Shown here: positions 28,502 to 38,855 of the stretch, piece by piece
Layout: each line of letters opens with the position of its first letter
Numbering within the stretch: the first letter of the stretch is position 1
Position numbers and translations under genes: made by a program
The notes under the pieces: model-generated
Told to the model about the DNA's origin: nothing
What the model saw: only the letters and a program-made list of their open reading frames with translations
Database searches by the model: none
Source: a virus
IMG/VR virus record: IMGVR_UViG_3300027736_000029
Span: 32,001-96,000 of that record
Reading direction: 5' to 3' (one strand)
DNA: 64,000 nucleotides

Positions 28502-30880
28502 TTATTGTGAGACTTTTGAAATGTTTTCAGTTTTTGTAATTCTAACCACATTGTCGGCCCAATTTGAAATTAAAGGATTGTGACTAATCACAAAGATTTT
28601 CTCAAAGTAGTCCTTCAACTTCATGAAGAAGTCCCCAACCATTTCCAAGTTTTCATTAGAAACCTTACCCCAAGTCTCATCGTAAACCGATATGTTAGGT
28701 TTTGGAAGTGAACATACCTTTGATAGTACCGCTCTAATTGCCAACGCTCCGATTGTCTTTTCATATCCTGAACCAGCTGTCATTGGTTTTTCAATACCTG
28801 TACCGTTATCAATCATGATAAAGTCAACCTCGTTCTTGTCGTTAATACGAATCTCTAAGTTAAAGAAACAAGAGTCCTGAAGGAGTCTTTGTAGTTCAGA
28901 GTTAATCAACGGCATCATGGTCTTCATAATCACCTTTGTAATACCGTTCTTACCAAACACCTCGACATACATCTTGTAAATCTTCTCACGTTCAAACTCT
29001 TCGGCAATCTTTAAGATAACCCCATTATTCTTTTCAATACGAGCATGAAGGTTTTCAATTTGATTTTGATTGGTTGATTGGATTCTTTCGTATCCACGTT
29101 TCTCGTTAATCAATTCATCAATACGTAATCCAGCCTTCACCAACTGAGCATCAATCTCGTTGTTCTTCTTAATCTTGTCTTGAACCTCTTCGTACCTCTT
29201 AAGTTTGTCTTTGGCTTGACCTAATTTCAATTCACTTGATTCCAATTGAATCTCATATTTTTCTTTGATGAGTTTGTTTCTCTCGTATTCATCAAAGTCT
29301 TTCTTAAGTTGAGTATAAGACTTTTCTTTGAAATCAAGGTCTTTCCATTGTTTGGATAACTTGTCAACCTTCTTTTCCCAATCTCCCAACTCATCAATCT
29401 TTTTCTTTGTGAGCGCCGCTTCCATCAATTTGATTCCGCAGTGTTCACATTGAATGCCATCTCCAAACTTCTTAACCAATTGTTCAATCTCTTCAACTTT
29501 GTTCTGAGCAAGGATGAGTTCACCGTTTGTGGTTTTCATTCCTTCTTTAACCTCATCATGTTTGTCTTCATGATAAAAATCTTTTGGTTCCACAATCTTA
29601 ACCTCTTTGATTTGACCTCTAAGTCTTTCACAAGAACCATCAAAATCTGTGATGTCTGATTGTAGTTTAATTGGGTTTAGGACAATAAGTTCTTGGTCGA
29701 TGTCACTATACTTTGACTTCAACAAGTTGTCTTTGTAGTCCTGACCTTTCTGTAATCTCAAATCAACATCCTTAACTTTCACATTAGATTCTTCAATCTC
29801 GGTTTTAAATTTTTGGATTTGTTCTGATGAACTGTCGTTATCCTGTTTCAAAGATTCTGTGTTGTAAACATTTGACATCATTCCTTTTGAGAACTCAGAA
29901 TAGATTTCTTTACCTGTCTCTTCTTTCTTTTTCAAGAACTCAAGACCCAAGAATCTGCTTAACACCTGACCACGAGCTGTTGGTTTTGCATCCAATAAAT
30001 CTTCAAGGTTTGATGCTGTTGTTACGATTGTCATCAAGAAGTCATCCATACTACCGATGGATGTTTTCATGAAGTTCTCGGTCTCTCTACGTTGTTCACC
30101 AGTAAAGTTCTGAAGTTGTCCATCAGCTAGTTTCTTGAAGAACTCCAACTCGGTCTTAACATTCCATTCACCTGTTTTGGATTTCTTTCTTTCAATCTTA
30201 CGAGCAATGATATACTCCTCACCGTCAATGATGATGTCACCCTTAACAACTACCGTGTTTTTATCGGTAAATCGATTGAAGATTTCTTCCGCCTTCTGTG
30301 TTTTTGTTGTTGTGTTGAAGAACAAGAACAATAATAAGTCTACCGTTAATACGGTCTTACCTCCAAAGTTTGGTGGGTCTGATTCAACCACGGTAATACC
30401 ATTACATTGGTCAAAGTCAATAACTTGGTTCTCACCATAAGATAAGAAGTTACTGAACTCAATTTTCTTGATGTGCCATTTCTTAAATGCAGTAACTTCA
30501 ACATCGTTGGCTGTCAATCTATTTTCAACCGCAGAATCAATTCCCATTACTTGTTCGTAATATTGTTCTTGACCTTTGGATTCCAACATTGACTTGATAA
30601 GTTCTCTTTGGTAGTTCTTATCCATGATGTTAACTGATACATCAATCGTTTGTTGTGTGTCCTCTGTGGTCTTAACCTTTGTGATGACATTGATATTGGT
30701 TGAGTTATATTTCTTTTGGAAATATTGCTTAACCGATTTGATTCTTTCTTGTGTGAAGTTCTCTGGTGTGTCTTCCCATACCACTTGGATATAAGGATTC
30801 TCCAATGATTCTACGTCTAACTTTGTTGACATTGTTTTGTAATTAAATTCTGGTTTCGGATTGAATAAATCCCATTTCAT
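28502..30880 (-). CDS. sbcC: SbcC/Rad50 (gp46-like) ATPase with N-terminal extension
   Basis: F.NFLSYG, NFGGKT Walker A, coiled coil, CEHC zinc hook, SGYE signature, YDE Walker B, ISH. Confidence 0.9.
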   Translation of the reverse strand: MKWDLFNPKPEFNYKTMSTKLDVESLENPYIQVVWEDTPENFTQERIKSVKQYFQKKYNSTNINVITKVKTTEDTQQTIDVSVNIMDKNYQRELIKSMLESKGQEQYYEQVMGIDSAVENRLTANDVEVTAFKKWHIKKIEFSNFLSYGENQVIDFDQCNGITVVESDPPNFGGKTVLTVDLLLFLFFNTTTKTQKAEEIFNRFTDKNTVVVKGDIIIDGEEYIIARKIERKKSKTGEWNVKTELEFFKKLADGQLQNFTGEQRRETENFMKTSIGSMDDFLMTIVTTASNLEDLLDAKPTARGQVLSRFLGLEFLKKKEETGKEIYSEFSKGMMSNVYNTESLKQDNDSSSEQIQKFKTEIEESNVKVKDVDLRLQKGQDYKDNLLKSKYSDIDQELIVLNPIKLQSDITDFDGSCERLRGQIKEVKIVEPKDFYHEDKHDEVKEGMKTTNGELILAQNKVEEIEQLVKKFGDGIQCEHCGIKLMEAALTKKKIDELGDWEKKVDKLSKQWKDLDFKEKSYTQLKKDFDEYERNKLIKEKYEIQLESSELKLGQAKDKLKRYEEVQDKIKKNNEIDAQLVKAGLRIDELINEKRGYERIQSTNQNQIENLHARIEKNNGVILKIAEEFEREKIYKMYVEVFGKNGITKVIMKTMMPLINSELQRLLQDSCFFNLEIRINDKNEVDFIMIDNGTGIEKPMTAGSGYEKTIGALAIRAVLSKVCSLPKPNISVYDETWGKVSNENLEMVGDFFMKLKDYFEKIFVISHNPLISNWADNVVRITKTENISKVSQ

Positions 30881-30881
30881 T

Positions 30882-31052
30882 TTATTGGTTTTGCGTGTTT
30901 CCTGACATTTCTGCCTCACGTTGTTTTGTTAATTCAGCAAGTTGTCTTTTCATTGACTCTTGGAATAATTTTTGCATTGCACTGTCAGCGGCCTTCATTT
31001 TTTGATTTCTCGCCTCAACCTTTTTTCTGTGTTCCTTTTTTCCTTTACCCAT
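30882..31052 (-). CDS. Small basic helical protein (56 aa)
   Basis: MGKGKKEHRKKVEARNQK...; not in ORF track. Confidence 0.65.
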   Translation of the reverse strand: MGKGKKEHRKKVEARNQKMKAADSAMQKLFQESMKRQLAELTKQREAEMSGNTQNQ

Positions 31053-31063
31053 TGTTTTTGTTT

Positions 31064-31414
31064 TTAATTATTTGGTGATGGTCGATTCACTTCGAACCAC
31101 TCGATGATTGCGTTGATTGCCCATACTGACCCTGAAGCCAACATACCATCAAAGAACCATGAGTAATAATTGTGAACTCCAAGTAATTCATGTACAGGTG
31201 AATATAAGAAAATTCCGTAGAAGAATCCAACCCAAACTGAACAACACATCATACAAGATAACATCTTTGATAAAAATGCTCCGAATCCGTTTAATGGGTA
31301 TTTACTATCCCCCCACTTGTTAATGAAATTTCTTGGTCCGTTAAAGATTGAACCATAAACTAAGATGTTGCTCATACCATAAGCCATAACCATCCATAAT
31401 AATAATTGTACCAT
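31064..31414 (-). CDS. Membrane protein with CxxC (DUF1360-like)
   Basis: LSCMMCCSVWVG and three hydrophobic segments. Confidence 0.65.
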   Translation of the reverse strand: MVQLLLWMVMAYGMSNILVYGSIFNGPRNFINKWGDSKYPLNGFGAFLSKMLSCMMCCSVWVGFFYGIFLYSPVHELLGVHNYYSWFFDGMLASGSVWAINAIIEWFEVNRPSPNN

Positions 31415-31417
31415 ATC

Positions 31418-31588
31418 TTATTCGAAAATTATTCCTTCTTTATCAACATACTGTTTAAAGGCTTCCACGGCCTCTTCTTTTGTTGAGTGGTAACCAATAA
31501 TCGCGTCGTGCTCTGTTGGGTCAATTGCGACAAATGACCCTGCTAATGTTTCATAGACAAATGAGTCTAAAATTTCTTGTGTTATCAT
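31418..31588 (-). CDS. Small hypothetical protein (56 aa)
   Basis: MITQEILDSF...; fills the gap. Confidence 0.65.
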   Translation of the reverse strand: MITQEILDSFVYETLAGSFVAIDPTEHDAIIGYHSTKEEAVEAFKQYVDKEGIIFE

Positions 31589-31596
31589 ATTTCTTT

Positions 31597-32397
31597 TTAT
31601 TTGTATAATTTATCGTCCAGGTTTGACCCCTTTAAGTAGACGGCTTGTTTATTTTCTTGGAACTTTTGAATCTCTTGAATCGTCTGTTCCAATTCTTTTA
31701 TTTTTTTGTCTTTCTCCAAAGTCTCTTGTCTAACTTTGGCTAAAGTGTTTTGTAATGCATCAAGTTTAGACTTTGATAAATTGTCCGTTGTTTCCTTCTC
31801 TACGACCACTTCTACAGGTGGTTTAGCTAAATGTTCATCTAGAGTTCGTCTAAGTTCATCTAGTTCCTCATCCTTCTTAGACATTTTATAGTGGAAAATA
31901 TTTTCGTTTTCTGTCGTTATAGTGGAAAATTCTTGTCTAATTATACCGATTTCGGTAGTTTTAGTGGAAAATTCTTGTTCCAACTGTTGTATTTTTAACA
32001 ACAGTTCATTCTCACTACTGTTGTCGTAAATTGTTACAATTTTTTCGACAGGAACCTCTTTAATAATTTCCTTAATAACTTCTTTTTCAACAATTACTTC
32101 TTTAATAACTTCAACAATTTTTTCAACAGGAACCTCAACATACTCAATTTTTACAACCTCTTTGATGACTTCAACAGGTATTTCCACCCGTTTTTCACGG
32201 ATGACCTCAATTTCCACCCGTTTTTCTTGAATCCCACCCATATTTTCCAAAAGTCCGTACTTTTCAATACTGAACCCTTGTTTGAATGAACTCTTAATTA
32301 TCTCATCAACATTAAACTTGTTAAGAGCACAATAAGACTCCAAGTCCTTCAACTCGTCTTTAGTTAAAACTATAGTCTTTTGTGTCCCGAAACTCAT
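31597..32397 (-). CDS. Coiled-coil protein with V/I/E/K-rich repeats
   Basis: VEIPVEVIKEV and VEVPVEKIVEVIKEV repeats. Confidence 0.75.
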   Translation of the reverse strand: MSFGTQKTIVLTKDELKDLESYCALNKFNVDEIIKSSFKQGFSIEKYGLLENMGGIQEKRVEIEVIREKRVEIPVEVIKEVVKIEYVEVPVEKIVEVIKEVIVEKEVIKEIIKEVPVEKIVTIYDNSSENELLLKIQQLEQEFSTKTTEIGIIRQEFSTITTENENIFHYKMSKKDEELDELRRTLDEHLAKPPVEVVVEKETTDNLSKSKLDALQNTLAKVRQETLEKDKKIKELEQTIQEIQKFQENKQAVYLKGSNLDDKLYK

Positions 32398-33176
32398 TAA
32401 TAGTTCATCAGTTTTTCAGTCCCATCAACAAGGTTGTCGATTGAGTTAATGTGAAACGCCAAGAATGGTTTTGGATTAGGTAAATCAACAAAGTCATATT
32501 CATCCTTCTCAACATCATAAACACCATAACCATGTTTGGTAATCTTCTCACCAAAGTTTTGTTGGATAGTTGAACCAATCATGTAGGCTTTCTTTTTACC
32601 AGGAATGTCGAACACTTGTCGTTTGTGAATATCACCACATAACACCAAGTCACATCCACTGAATTTGTCTACATCAAACCCATCTTCAAACTTGAATCCG
32701 ATATCGGTATACAACCCTTGAATAGGTCCGTGAAATAATCCAATGTTCTTCTTGTCTGACTTTTGAATATCAGGTGGAATGTTATGTTCCATCAAAGAGT
32801 AAACACACCAGTTCACATTATCATCTTCATAGACACCACGATTCTTCAAATAGGTAATTCCATCGTTCTTCAACGAATCAATAATGGGAGTAAGAGCATC
32901 CAACCTTGTGTTGTTGTTTTCAAGGAAATCATGGTTTCCAATAATAACTATAGTTTTGGCAATTTTAGCACATTCAGATAACACCCACGCAACGAATTCA
33001 ACCAATTCAGGTGTCATTTGATTTTTAGAATGTACCAAGTCCCCCGTGAAAACAATACGGTCTGGTCGTAATGTTTCCCACTCCTTTAACGCAGTTTGAA
33101 GAATACTACGATATAACTCGTGGTCTTTAAATAATCTGACGTGTAGGTCAGAAAAGTGAACTAATCTATTAATCAT
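32397..33176 (-). CDS. sbcD: SbcD/Mre11 (gp47-like) metallophosphoesterase nuclease
   Basis: SDLH, TGDL, GNHD, FHG, GDIH, GS..QQ.FGE motifs. Confidence 0.9.
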   Translation of the reverse strand: MINRLVHFSDLHVRLFKDHELYRSILQTALKEWETLRPDRIVFTGDLVHSKNQMTPELVEFVAWVLSECAKIAKTIVIIGNHDFLENNNTRLDALTPIIDSLKNDGITYLKNRGVYEDDNVNWCVYSLMEHNIPPDIQKSDKKNIGLFHGPIQGLYTDIGFKFEDGFDVDKFSGCDLVLCGDIHKRQVFDIPGKKKAYMIGSTIQQNFGEKITKHGYGVYDVEKDEYDFVDLPNPKPFLAFHINSIDNLVDGTEKLMNY

Positions 33177-33411
33177 TCAACGTAATCTTTGGTTGTTCAA
33201 AGTCATCAAAAGGATTGAATCCTTTATTCACATGACCACATGAATCACATTTGTAGATTGGGAAAGGTACGATTGTATCCTCTGCAGAACCTGTTAATAG
33301 TTTTGACACTTTCTTAATGTAAATCACCTCTCTGAAGTAGATGCTTTCACATTGTTCACATTTGATAGTTTCACTATCTCTTAAATTAACTTTTGGTGTT
33401 AAATCGCTCAT
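33169..33411 (-). CDS. Zn-ribbon protein
   Basis: CEQC...CDSCGH. Confidence 0.75.
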   Translation of the reverse strand: MSDLTPKVNLRDSETIKCEQCESIYFREVIYIKKVSKLLTGSAEDTIVPFPIYKCDSCGHVNKGFNPFDDFEQPKITLND

Positions 33412-33443
33412 ATTTATTTTTTTATAAGTTTAATCAATTAAAG

Positions 33444-34286
33444 TTATTTTGTCAAATATTGTTTCATATCCATATCCATTACGGTATTGATAATTTTTTG
33501 AGGTACCTTGTATTCATCATACAAAGAATCTTCCTTTAAGTGTGAAATTACACAACCATAAAGTTTAATGTTTCCATACTTACTACCTTCCAACATCTTC
33601 AATAACAACTTACCGTAAAGAGGTAACTGAAGATAGTAGTGACCCAAGGCATTGTCATGATAATCATCAAATGGGTGTAACATTTTCTTAGTGAAATTTG
33701 TTACGGTAAAGTTCTTTGGTTTGTTAGTTTTCCAGTCCGTGATGACAATTCCATACTCAGTTTTGTCACGGTTCATCATCAACCATACTTTATCGGGTTG
33801 ACCTGTGTATCCAAGTTCAGGATGACCCAGAACCATCTCAGTATCAAGCAATACCGCTCCTCGTTCTTCCATAAGGTCAAGGTATTTTTTACCCGCAACA
33901 ATCATGTTATCCCCCTTCATAATTTGGGTTAAATCACAATCGAATTCAGGTTGTCTTACATCCTTATAGCTTCCGTGTTTTTTGATAACCTCACTCTCTA
34001 AAACAAAGTGAACTCGACTACCCATATTGGTAGAGTAATCACCTGCCGCTGCCCACTCTGCAATCAACTCTTGTTGTTTGATTGGGTCACCTTTTGCAAC
34101 TTTATTGGCAACTTCTTCCGTAGCAAATTCTGTATAAAATTTCTTTAGTACTTTGGATACTGATGGGTAATCAGTTTTACCGTTCATGGTATATATGTGG
34201 TTTTCTTCCTCAAAAGTTAAACCAAGTTCATTTTGTTTTTGTGAAATAATCTCTCTTATTTCTTTAACAATCTCTTTTAATTCCAT
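33444..34286 (-). CDS. PD-(D/E)xK (RecB/Cas4-like) exonuclease
   Basis: PSVS, G..VH, G.PD, DWKT and Y.LQL.LY motifs. Confidence 0.85.
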   Translation of the reverse strand: MELKEIVKEIREIISQKQNELGLTFEEENHIYTMNGKTDYPSVSKVLKKFYTEFATEEVANKVAKGDPIKQQELIAEWAAAGDYSTNMGSRVHFVLESEVIKKHGSYKDVRQPEFDCDLTQIMKGDNMIVAGKKYLDLMEERGAVLLDTEMVLGHPELGYTGQPDKVWLMMNRDKTEYGIVITDWKTNKPKNFTVTNFTKKMLHPFDDYHDNALGHYYLQLPLYGKLLLKMLEGSKYGNIKLYGCVISHLKEDSLYDEYKVPQKIINTVMDMDMKQYLTK

Positions 34287-34289
34287 ATT

Positions 34290-34445
34290 TTAATTTTCAA
34301 ATTTTGATGTTAAGTACTCTATCATATACTTTGCATAATCTGTTAATAAATCATGATTATCAAAGGTGAACACTTCTAAATTGTTCTGACGAGCTGTGTT
34401 GTAAGCCACTTTTAATCTTTGGTAGGTGTCTAATGTAAATGTCAT
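34290..34445 (-). CDS. Small hypothetical protein (51 aa)
   Basis: MTFTLDTYQRLK...YAKYMIEYL; not in ORF track. Confidence 0.65.
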   Translation of the reverse strand: MTFTLDTYQRLKVAYNTARQNNLEVFTFDNHDLLTDYAKYMIEYLTSKFEN

Positions 34446-34508
34446 ATCCGTGTATATCGTTATATTCTTAAGCTAAAATACAACATATTTTTCATACCAC
34501 CAAACTTT

Positions 34509-35423
34509 TTATTTTATTTCGACATAATATTCATCTATTTGTCCTCTTAAATCACAGATATCCTTATCAATTGGTAATTTAATAATTTTTACTTTATTAT
34601 ATAATACTCCACCATTTAATTCATGATAAAGTTTTAATCCATCCTTCCACGCATCTCCATCAGGACATATAATCACATTACCTTTGGCATTGTTATATAA
34701 GGTTTCAAATAACAACTGACTCATCTTCTTACCTAACATCACTATTGAATTATCTAAAAAGAATCCATCAAAGGCACCTTCAACCAAATAAACATCTTTG
34801 GACCAGTCAATTAATCCTTCGTTGAATATGATTTCATCTTTAGCTGCGGTTGGGTTTTTATATTTCATCTTCTTTGATACCCAAGCTCGAGCAACAAAAT
34901 AATTCAATGTACCTTCTTTGTTAAATGATGGAACGATTATTCGATAAGCAAATTCACCTGTTACCGTATATCCTATCTTATACTTCTTAATCATCTCATC
35001 CGTGATGCCTCTTGACTTGAGGTAGTTCATCGCTTCGATGTGTGGAATGAATCTTGCATTGGAATCTTCGAAGGTCGTATAACCTTCAGGTAATTTTAAC
35101 TTTGGTTTCTTCGCGTCTTGTTGTTTTAATTCCTCAGGTTTGATGAGGTTGTATACTTTCTTTTGAGCCTTGGTTGCGTGTTTGTCAAATAGTCTCCCTA
35201 ACGGTCCTTGAGTTCCGTATGTCTCACCACAAGACCAACACTTGTATACGTGTTTTGAGTAGTTAATTTCAAGGTTACCTTTTCCGTCTCCATCGTCAAG
35301 ACCTTTCTCATCAGCACAGACAGGGCAGTCAAAAGATATTTGACCTTTTGACTCGTAGTGTTGTTTCTCATGACCCAACACATCTCTAAGTAACTCCACT
35401 AAAACCTCTACCTCATCTGACAT
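34509..35423 (-). CDS. dnaG: DNA primase (Zn finger plus TOPRIM)
   Basis: CPVC..CWSC, YL.SRG, KYKNP, LVEG.FD and DGDA motifs. Confidence 0.9.
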   Translation of the reverse strand: MSDEVEVLVELLRDVLGHEKQHYESKGQISFDCPVCADEKGLDDGDGKGNLEINYSKHVYKCWSCGETYGTQGPLGRLFDKHATKAQKKVYNLIKPEELKQQDAKKPKLKLPEGYTTFEDSNARFIPHIEAMNYLKSRGITDEMIKKYKIGYTVTGEFAYRIIVPSFNKEGTLNYFVARAWVSKKMKYKNPTAAKDEIIFNEGLIDWSKDVYLVEGAFDGFFLDNSIVMLGKKMSQLLFETLYNNAKGNVIICPDGDAWKDGLKLYHELNGGVLYNKVKIIKLPIDKDICDLRGQIDEYYVEIK

Positions 35424-35477
35424 ACACTAAATATAGTAATTTTTTTGAGTTTAACTACACACGTGATTGATTACTGT

Positions 35478-35612
35478 TCAAAAACCCAATAATTTCTCTC
35501 TCCACCATTTTTTGAAACGATTACCGTCTTTCAATTTTGTACTTACAATGTGTTCAATCATTACAAATACTACCGCTACGGACATTATTAATGTCCAAAT
35601 AATTAAAATCAT
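35478..35612 (-). CDS. Small single-TM protein (44 aa)
   Basis: ATGA overlap with the upstream gene; MILIIWTLIMSVAVVFVM... Confidence 0.55.
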   Translation of the reverse strand: MILIIWTLIMSVAVVFVMIEHIVSTKLKDGNRFKKWWREKLLGF

Positions 35613-35974
35613 ATCCATGTTATTTTTTTTATACTATCAACCCATTTAACATTAATACCAAAATAAACAGCATGACTTTTAACCTCGGTTAAAAGGCATT
35701 TTTTGATTAATTTATTAATTTTTATTTTGGAAATGTTTTTTTGACCATAAATCTCAGATGACTGCCATCTTTTACCTTCAAGGACGCTTATCTTACCAAA
35801 AAGTTCACCTTTGAACTCAACATCAATTTCATGATGCATGGGATATTTTCTGAAGTTTGTAATTTTAAATGAACCTCTTAGAGTTCCATTCGTAAATGAT
35901 ATGTCGCTACCCGAAAACTTTTTGATTGCTTTCTTAATTGCTTTGGATTCATCATCATTTATCACATGTCTCAT
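35609..35974 (-). CDS. Basic hypothetical protein
   Basis: ATG 4 nt after TATCTTTG. Confidence 0.75.
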   Translation of the reverse strand: MRHVINDDESKAIKKAIKKFSGSDISFTNGTLRGSFKITNFRKYPMHHEIDVEFKGELFGKISVLEGKRWQSSEIYGQKNISKIKINKLIKKCLLTEVKSHAVYFGINVKWVDSIKKITWI

Positions 35975-36002
35975 ACGACAAAGATAATGATAATATTTTA
36001 AT

Positions 36003-36605
36003 TTACCAAATTTCTTTGAGTTTCATATAACCAAGAGCGGCACAATAAGCATCGGTTTGGTCAAAATTTTCTTTCTTAAGAGTATTGTTTTTGGTATACG
36101 ACCAAATAATTTGTGGTTCTCGTTTTGCAACCAATTCCCATATTATAACTTTTTTGTCTGTATCTTTTGGAAGACCACCAAATAGAACATGTTTACCCTT
36201 GTCGTTTTGTTGGACAAGGTGTGGGAATGCAAATTTTCTTGAGTTATAGGTGGATATAAATTCAGGTATGATTCCAAGAACATCATAAACTTCTTTACAT
36301 ACCAAAGTATTAAATCTCATAAGAGTACCAACGGTATAGATATTATTAGAATTTAATAATGGTTCTTCAATGACAACATGAGTAATACCCATACCAACAT
36401 AGTCTTTAATTTTTTCTTTAAAAATATGACCCTTGAGTATAAGTTCTTCGATTTTATTTTCAACCTTTGGTTTTGGTACTGGAGATACGTGAGTTAATTC
36501 TAAAAGTTCTTTTGTTTGAATGTCAAATAAACTCCACCCAATTGTTTTGGTTGAAACGTCAAGCCCAAGTACTTTAGGCGATGTTTTATTGATTGTTTTT
36601 GTCAT
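36003..36605 (-). CDS. ruvC: RuvC-like Holliday junction resolvase
   Basis: VLGLD, VVIEE and D..DA acidic motifs. Confidence 0.8.
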   Translation of the reverse strand: MTKTINKTSPKVLGLDVSTKTIGWSLFDIQTKELLELTHVSPVPKPKVENKIEELILKGHIFKEKIKDYVGMGITHVVIEEPLLNSNNIYTVGTLMRFNTLVCKEVYDVLGIIPEFISTYNSRKFAFPHLVQQNDKGKHVLFGGLPKDTDKKVIIWELVAKREPQIIWSYTKNNTLKKENFDQTDAYCAALGYMKLKEIW

Positions 36606-36608
36606 ATG

Positions 36609-38813
36609 TTAAAAATCTAATTTAACCACGTACTGCTGAATACCTTGTCTTAACTCAGGAGATTGTAGTTTAGATATAACAATAAGGTCATAATTAGAAT
36701 CGTAAAGGGCAATTTCAGTAACATATGAAGTTGTTCCTGACATCCATGTTGGATTTGATGTATTGGTAAATTGGTTACGTCCAAGATTTATAAGATATCT
36801 CATCTCATAAATGGTTGCACTAATATCGGTTTCCAAGTTTCCATAAAAATAATACTCATCACCAAAGTTTAATATTTCAGGATATCCATTTTCAGGTATG
36901 TCAATATAATTAGCTAAATTATATGTTGTCGCACTATTATATAGTTCGTTAGTTATTTGGAATGTAGTACCAGTTAAACCACTAACAGTTAAATAACCAT
37001 TAACACTTGAACCACTTATTTCACTTGTAAAATCAATTTCTCTCCATGCCGTTGGACTTGGTTGTGTTGTTCCACTAATAAGTTGACACAATACTTTAAA
37101 TGAATTTGCAGAATATCCTGAAAGAGTACCTTCAGATAAGAATGGAAACTCATTACCGAATCTAACAGCTACGTTTTGAGAGTCGATTGTACACCCTGTT
37201 CCCGGTCCTGTAATAACTGAATAATAGTTACAATGTAATGAATCAGTAAATCCTGTTGAATCCAATCGATATGTTACCCACATCCTTTGAACATCATTTG
37301 TTAAAATACCTACCGAACTTTGTCCTGTATTACAAGTGTTTGGAGATATTAATGACAACTTTGGAGCGGTTAACGTCCAGTTTCTGTTTGCCTTGTAAGA
37401 CATTGCGGCGATGATTTCTTCATCATCAATAACAACAATTTCTTGGTCAGGGAATACTTTACCAATTCTATTTAAATTTCCATTAGTATCAGGATTAGTA
37501 TCCCATAAATGGTAGTATCTAATACCAGGGTCATTCATATCTATATTTTCCGTAGATTTAATATAGTATGGTTTACATAAATCATATCCCGCTGGGTCAA
37601 TATAAAATGTTTCACCAATAGTTGATGCGGATGATTTATGCCACATTAATGTTGGCAATGTTAACTTAAAGTGTCTTGCTAAACCTGTGTCGTCATTTGG
37701 ATTTTGTGGGTCAAAAGGAACCGTTGAAAATTTTTCTCCGTATACATTATCAATATCTTGATTTGTATAATGGATAATCGCAATCGCTTTTTGTTCTTTA
37801 GGTGTTACAATAATTTCTTCATCAAATGAATTATAATAGTAAACTAAACTTGTGTCTGTTTGAGCACTTTCAGTTTGATATCCTAAATATTCTTTCGTAC
37901 CTAAATAAGTAACCGAACCATAACTACCATATCCCTCATATTGACTTGTGAATACACCAGCTAAATTAACCGACCAAGGAATATTCATATTCCAAATTAC
38001 AGTGTTTTCACGATTTCTAACATCACAAGGTGATTCAAAATTAAGTGTGTCTGTCTGCCAATAAGGTGCTGGAGTTATAGTATCATACAATTGAGTCATC
38101 CCTGAAGGATATATCAATGCTCGAGCCATGTTACCATTAATTGCAATTGCGGAATAATCAGGGACGCTTCTATCAAGGGTTAATGTAAACACCGTTGTTC
38201 CTGTTGTACCTGTTGATGGGTCAATATCTTGGATTCTATAAGTAAGAATTGGATAGGTGCCAAAATCACCACATCCACCATTACCATCTAATATAAGAGT
38301 CACATAATCATTAATTGATGGTGTTCCTGAAGTAATTGCACAAAAGGCTGGGTCAAGTTCAATATCAATAGTTGTTTGACCTGTTAATGTTGTCATGTCT
38401 ACCCAATAATTTGAAGTAACTGTATATGCCGAACTTGTTTGAGCTGACCAATTACCTTGGGTACCTCCAGTAACAAAAAACCCTTTAGGTCCCGCAGAAT
38501 TATAAACAGGTTGAATTTTATTATCTAAAAATGGAATACCGTATGTTCCTCCACTACCACCCTGAACATAATAAGGGTATTTAACATTTTGTTTGTTTGA
38601 TTGAGGCGAACCAGTATCATTCTGTGCGTTAAACGCTGGCATTAAAATATTATTATTTGTTTGATTATAATTTGTCACAGCACTGTAACTAACTTCACTA
38701 TCACCTATTTGGAAATAAGAAATTGAAAAATTTCCTTGTGAAATATTTCTTCTTCCAACATCAGTAAGTCTGGTGTTAATTAATCCTGATGTATTTTTTA
38801 TAATGTATGCCAT
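36609..38813 (-). CDS. Virion tail/baseplate-type structural protein
   Basis: LTDVGR N-terminus and VTEIALYD..DLIVISKL C-terminus, as in tail-collar/baseplate proteins; TATTTATA upstream. Confidence 0.65.
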   Translation of the reverse strand: MAYIIKNTSGLINTRLTDVGRRNISQGNFSISYFQIGDSEVSYSAVTNYNQTNNNILMPAFNAQNDTGSPQSNKQNVKYPYYVQGGSGGTYGIPFLDNKIQPVYNSAGPKGFFVTGGTQGNWSAQTSSAYTVTSNYWVDMTTLTGQTTIDIELDPAFCAITSGTPSINDYVTLILDGNGGCGDFGTYPILTYRIQDIDPSTGTTGTTVFTLTLDRSVPDYSAIAINGNMARALIYPSGMTQLYDTITPAPYWQTDTLNFESPCDVRNRENTVIWNMNIPWSVNLAGVFTSQYEGYGSYGSVTYLGTKEYLGYQTESAQTDTSLVYYYNSFDEEIIVTPKEQKAIAIIHYTNQDIDNVYGEKFSTVPFDPQNPNDDTGLARHFKLTLPTLMWHKSSASTIGETFYIDPAGYDLCKPYYIKSTENIDMNDPGIRYYHLWDTNPDTNGNLNRIGKVFPDQEIVVIDDEEIIAAMSYKANRNWTLTAPKLSLISPNTCNTGQSSVGILTNDVQRMWVTYRLDSTGFTDSLHCNYYSVITGPGTGCTIDSQNVAVRFGNEFPFLSEGTLSGYSANSFKVLCQLISGTTQPSPTAWREIDFTSEISGSSVNGYLTVSGLTGTTFQITNELYNSATTYNLANYIDIPENGYPEILNFGDEYYFYGNLETDISATIYEMRYLINLGRNQFTNTSNPTWMSGTTSYVTEIALYDSNYDLIVISKLQSPELRQGIQQYVVKLDF

Positions 38814-38855
38814 TTGTTATAAATATTCTTATTGTCTTTTATTTTAAATTATTAA

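Noticed and set aside
33444-34286. Cas4 as evidence of a CRISPR system
   Set aside because: No Fe-S Cys cluster and no array; it sits among replication genes as an ordinary phage exonuclease.
38818-38825. TATAAATA as a T4 gp55-type late promoter
   Set aside because: Relative to the adjacent genes the sense-strand motif is the reverse complement, TATTTATA.
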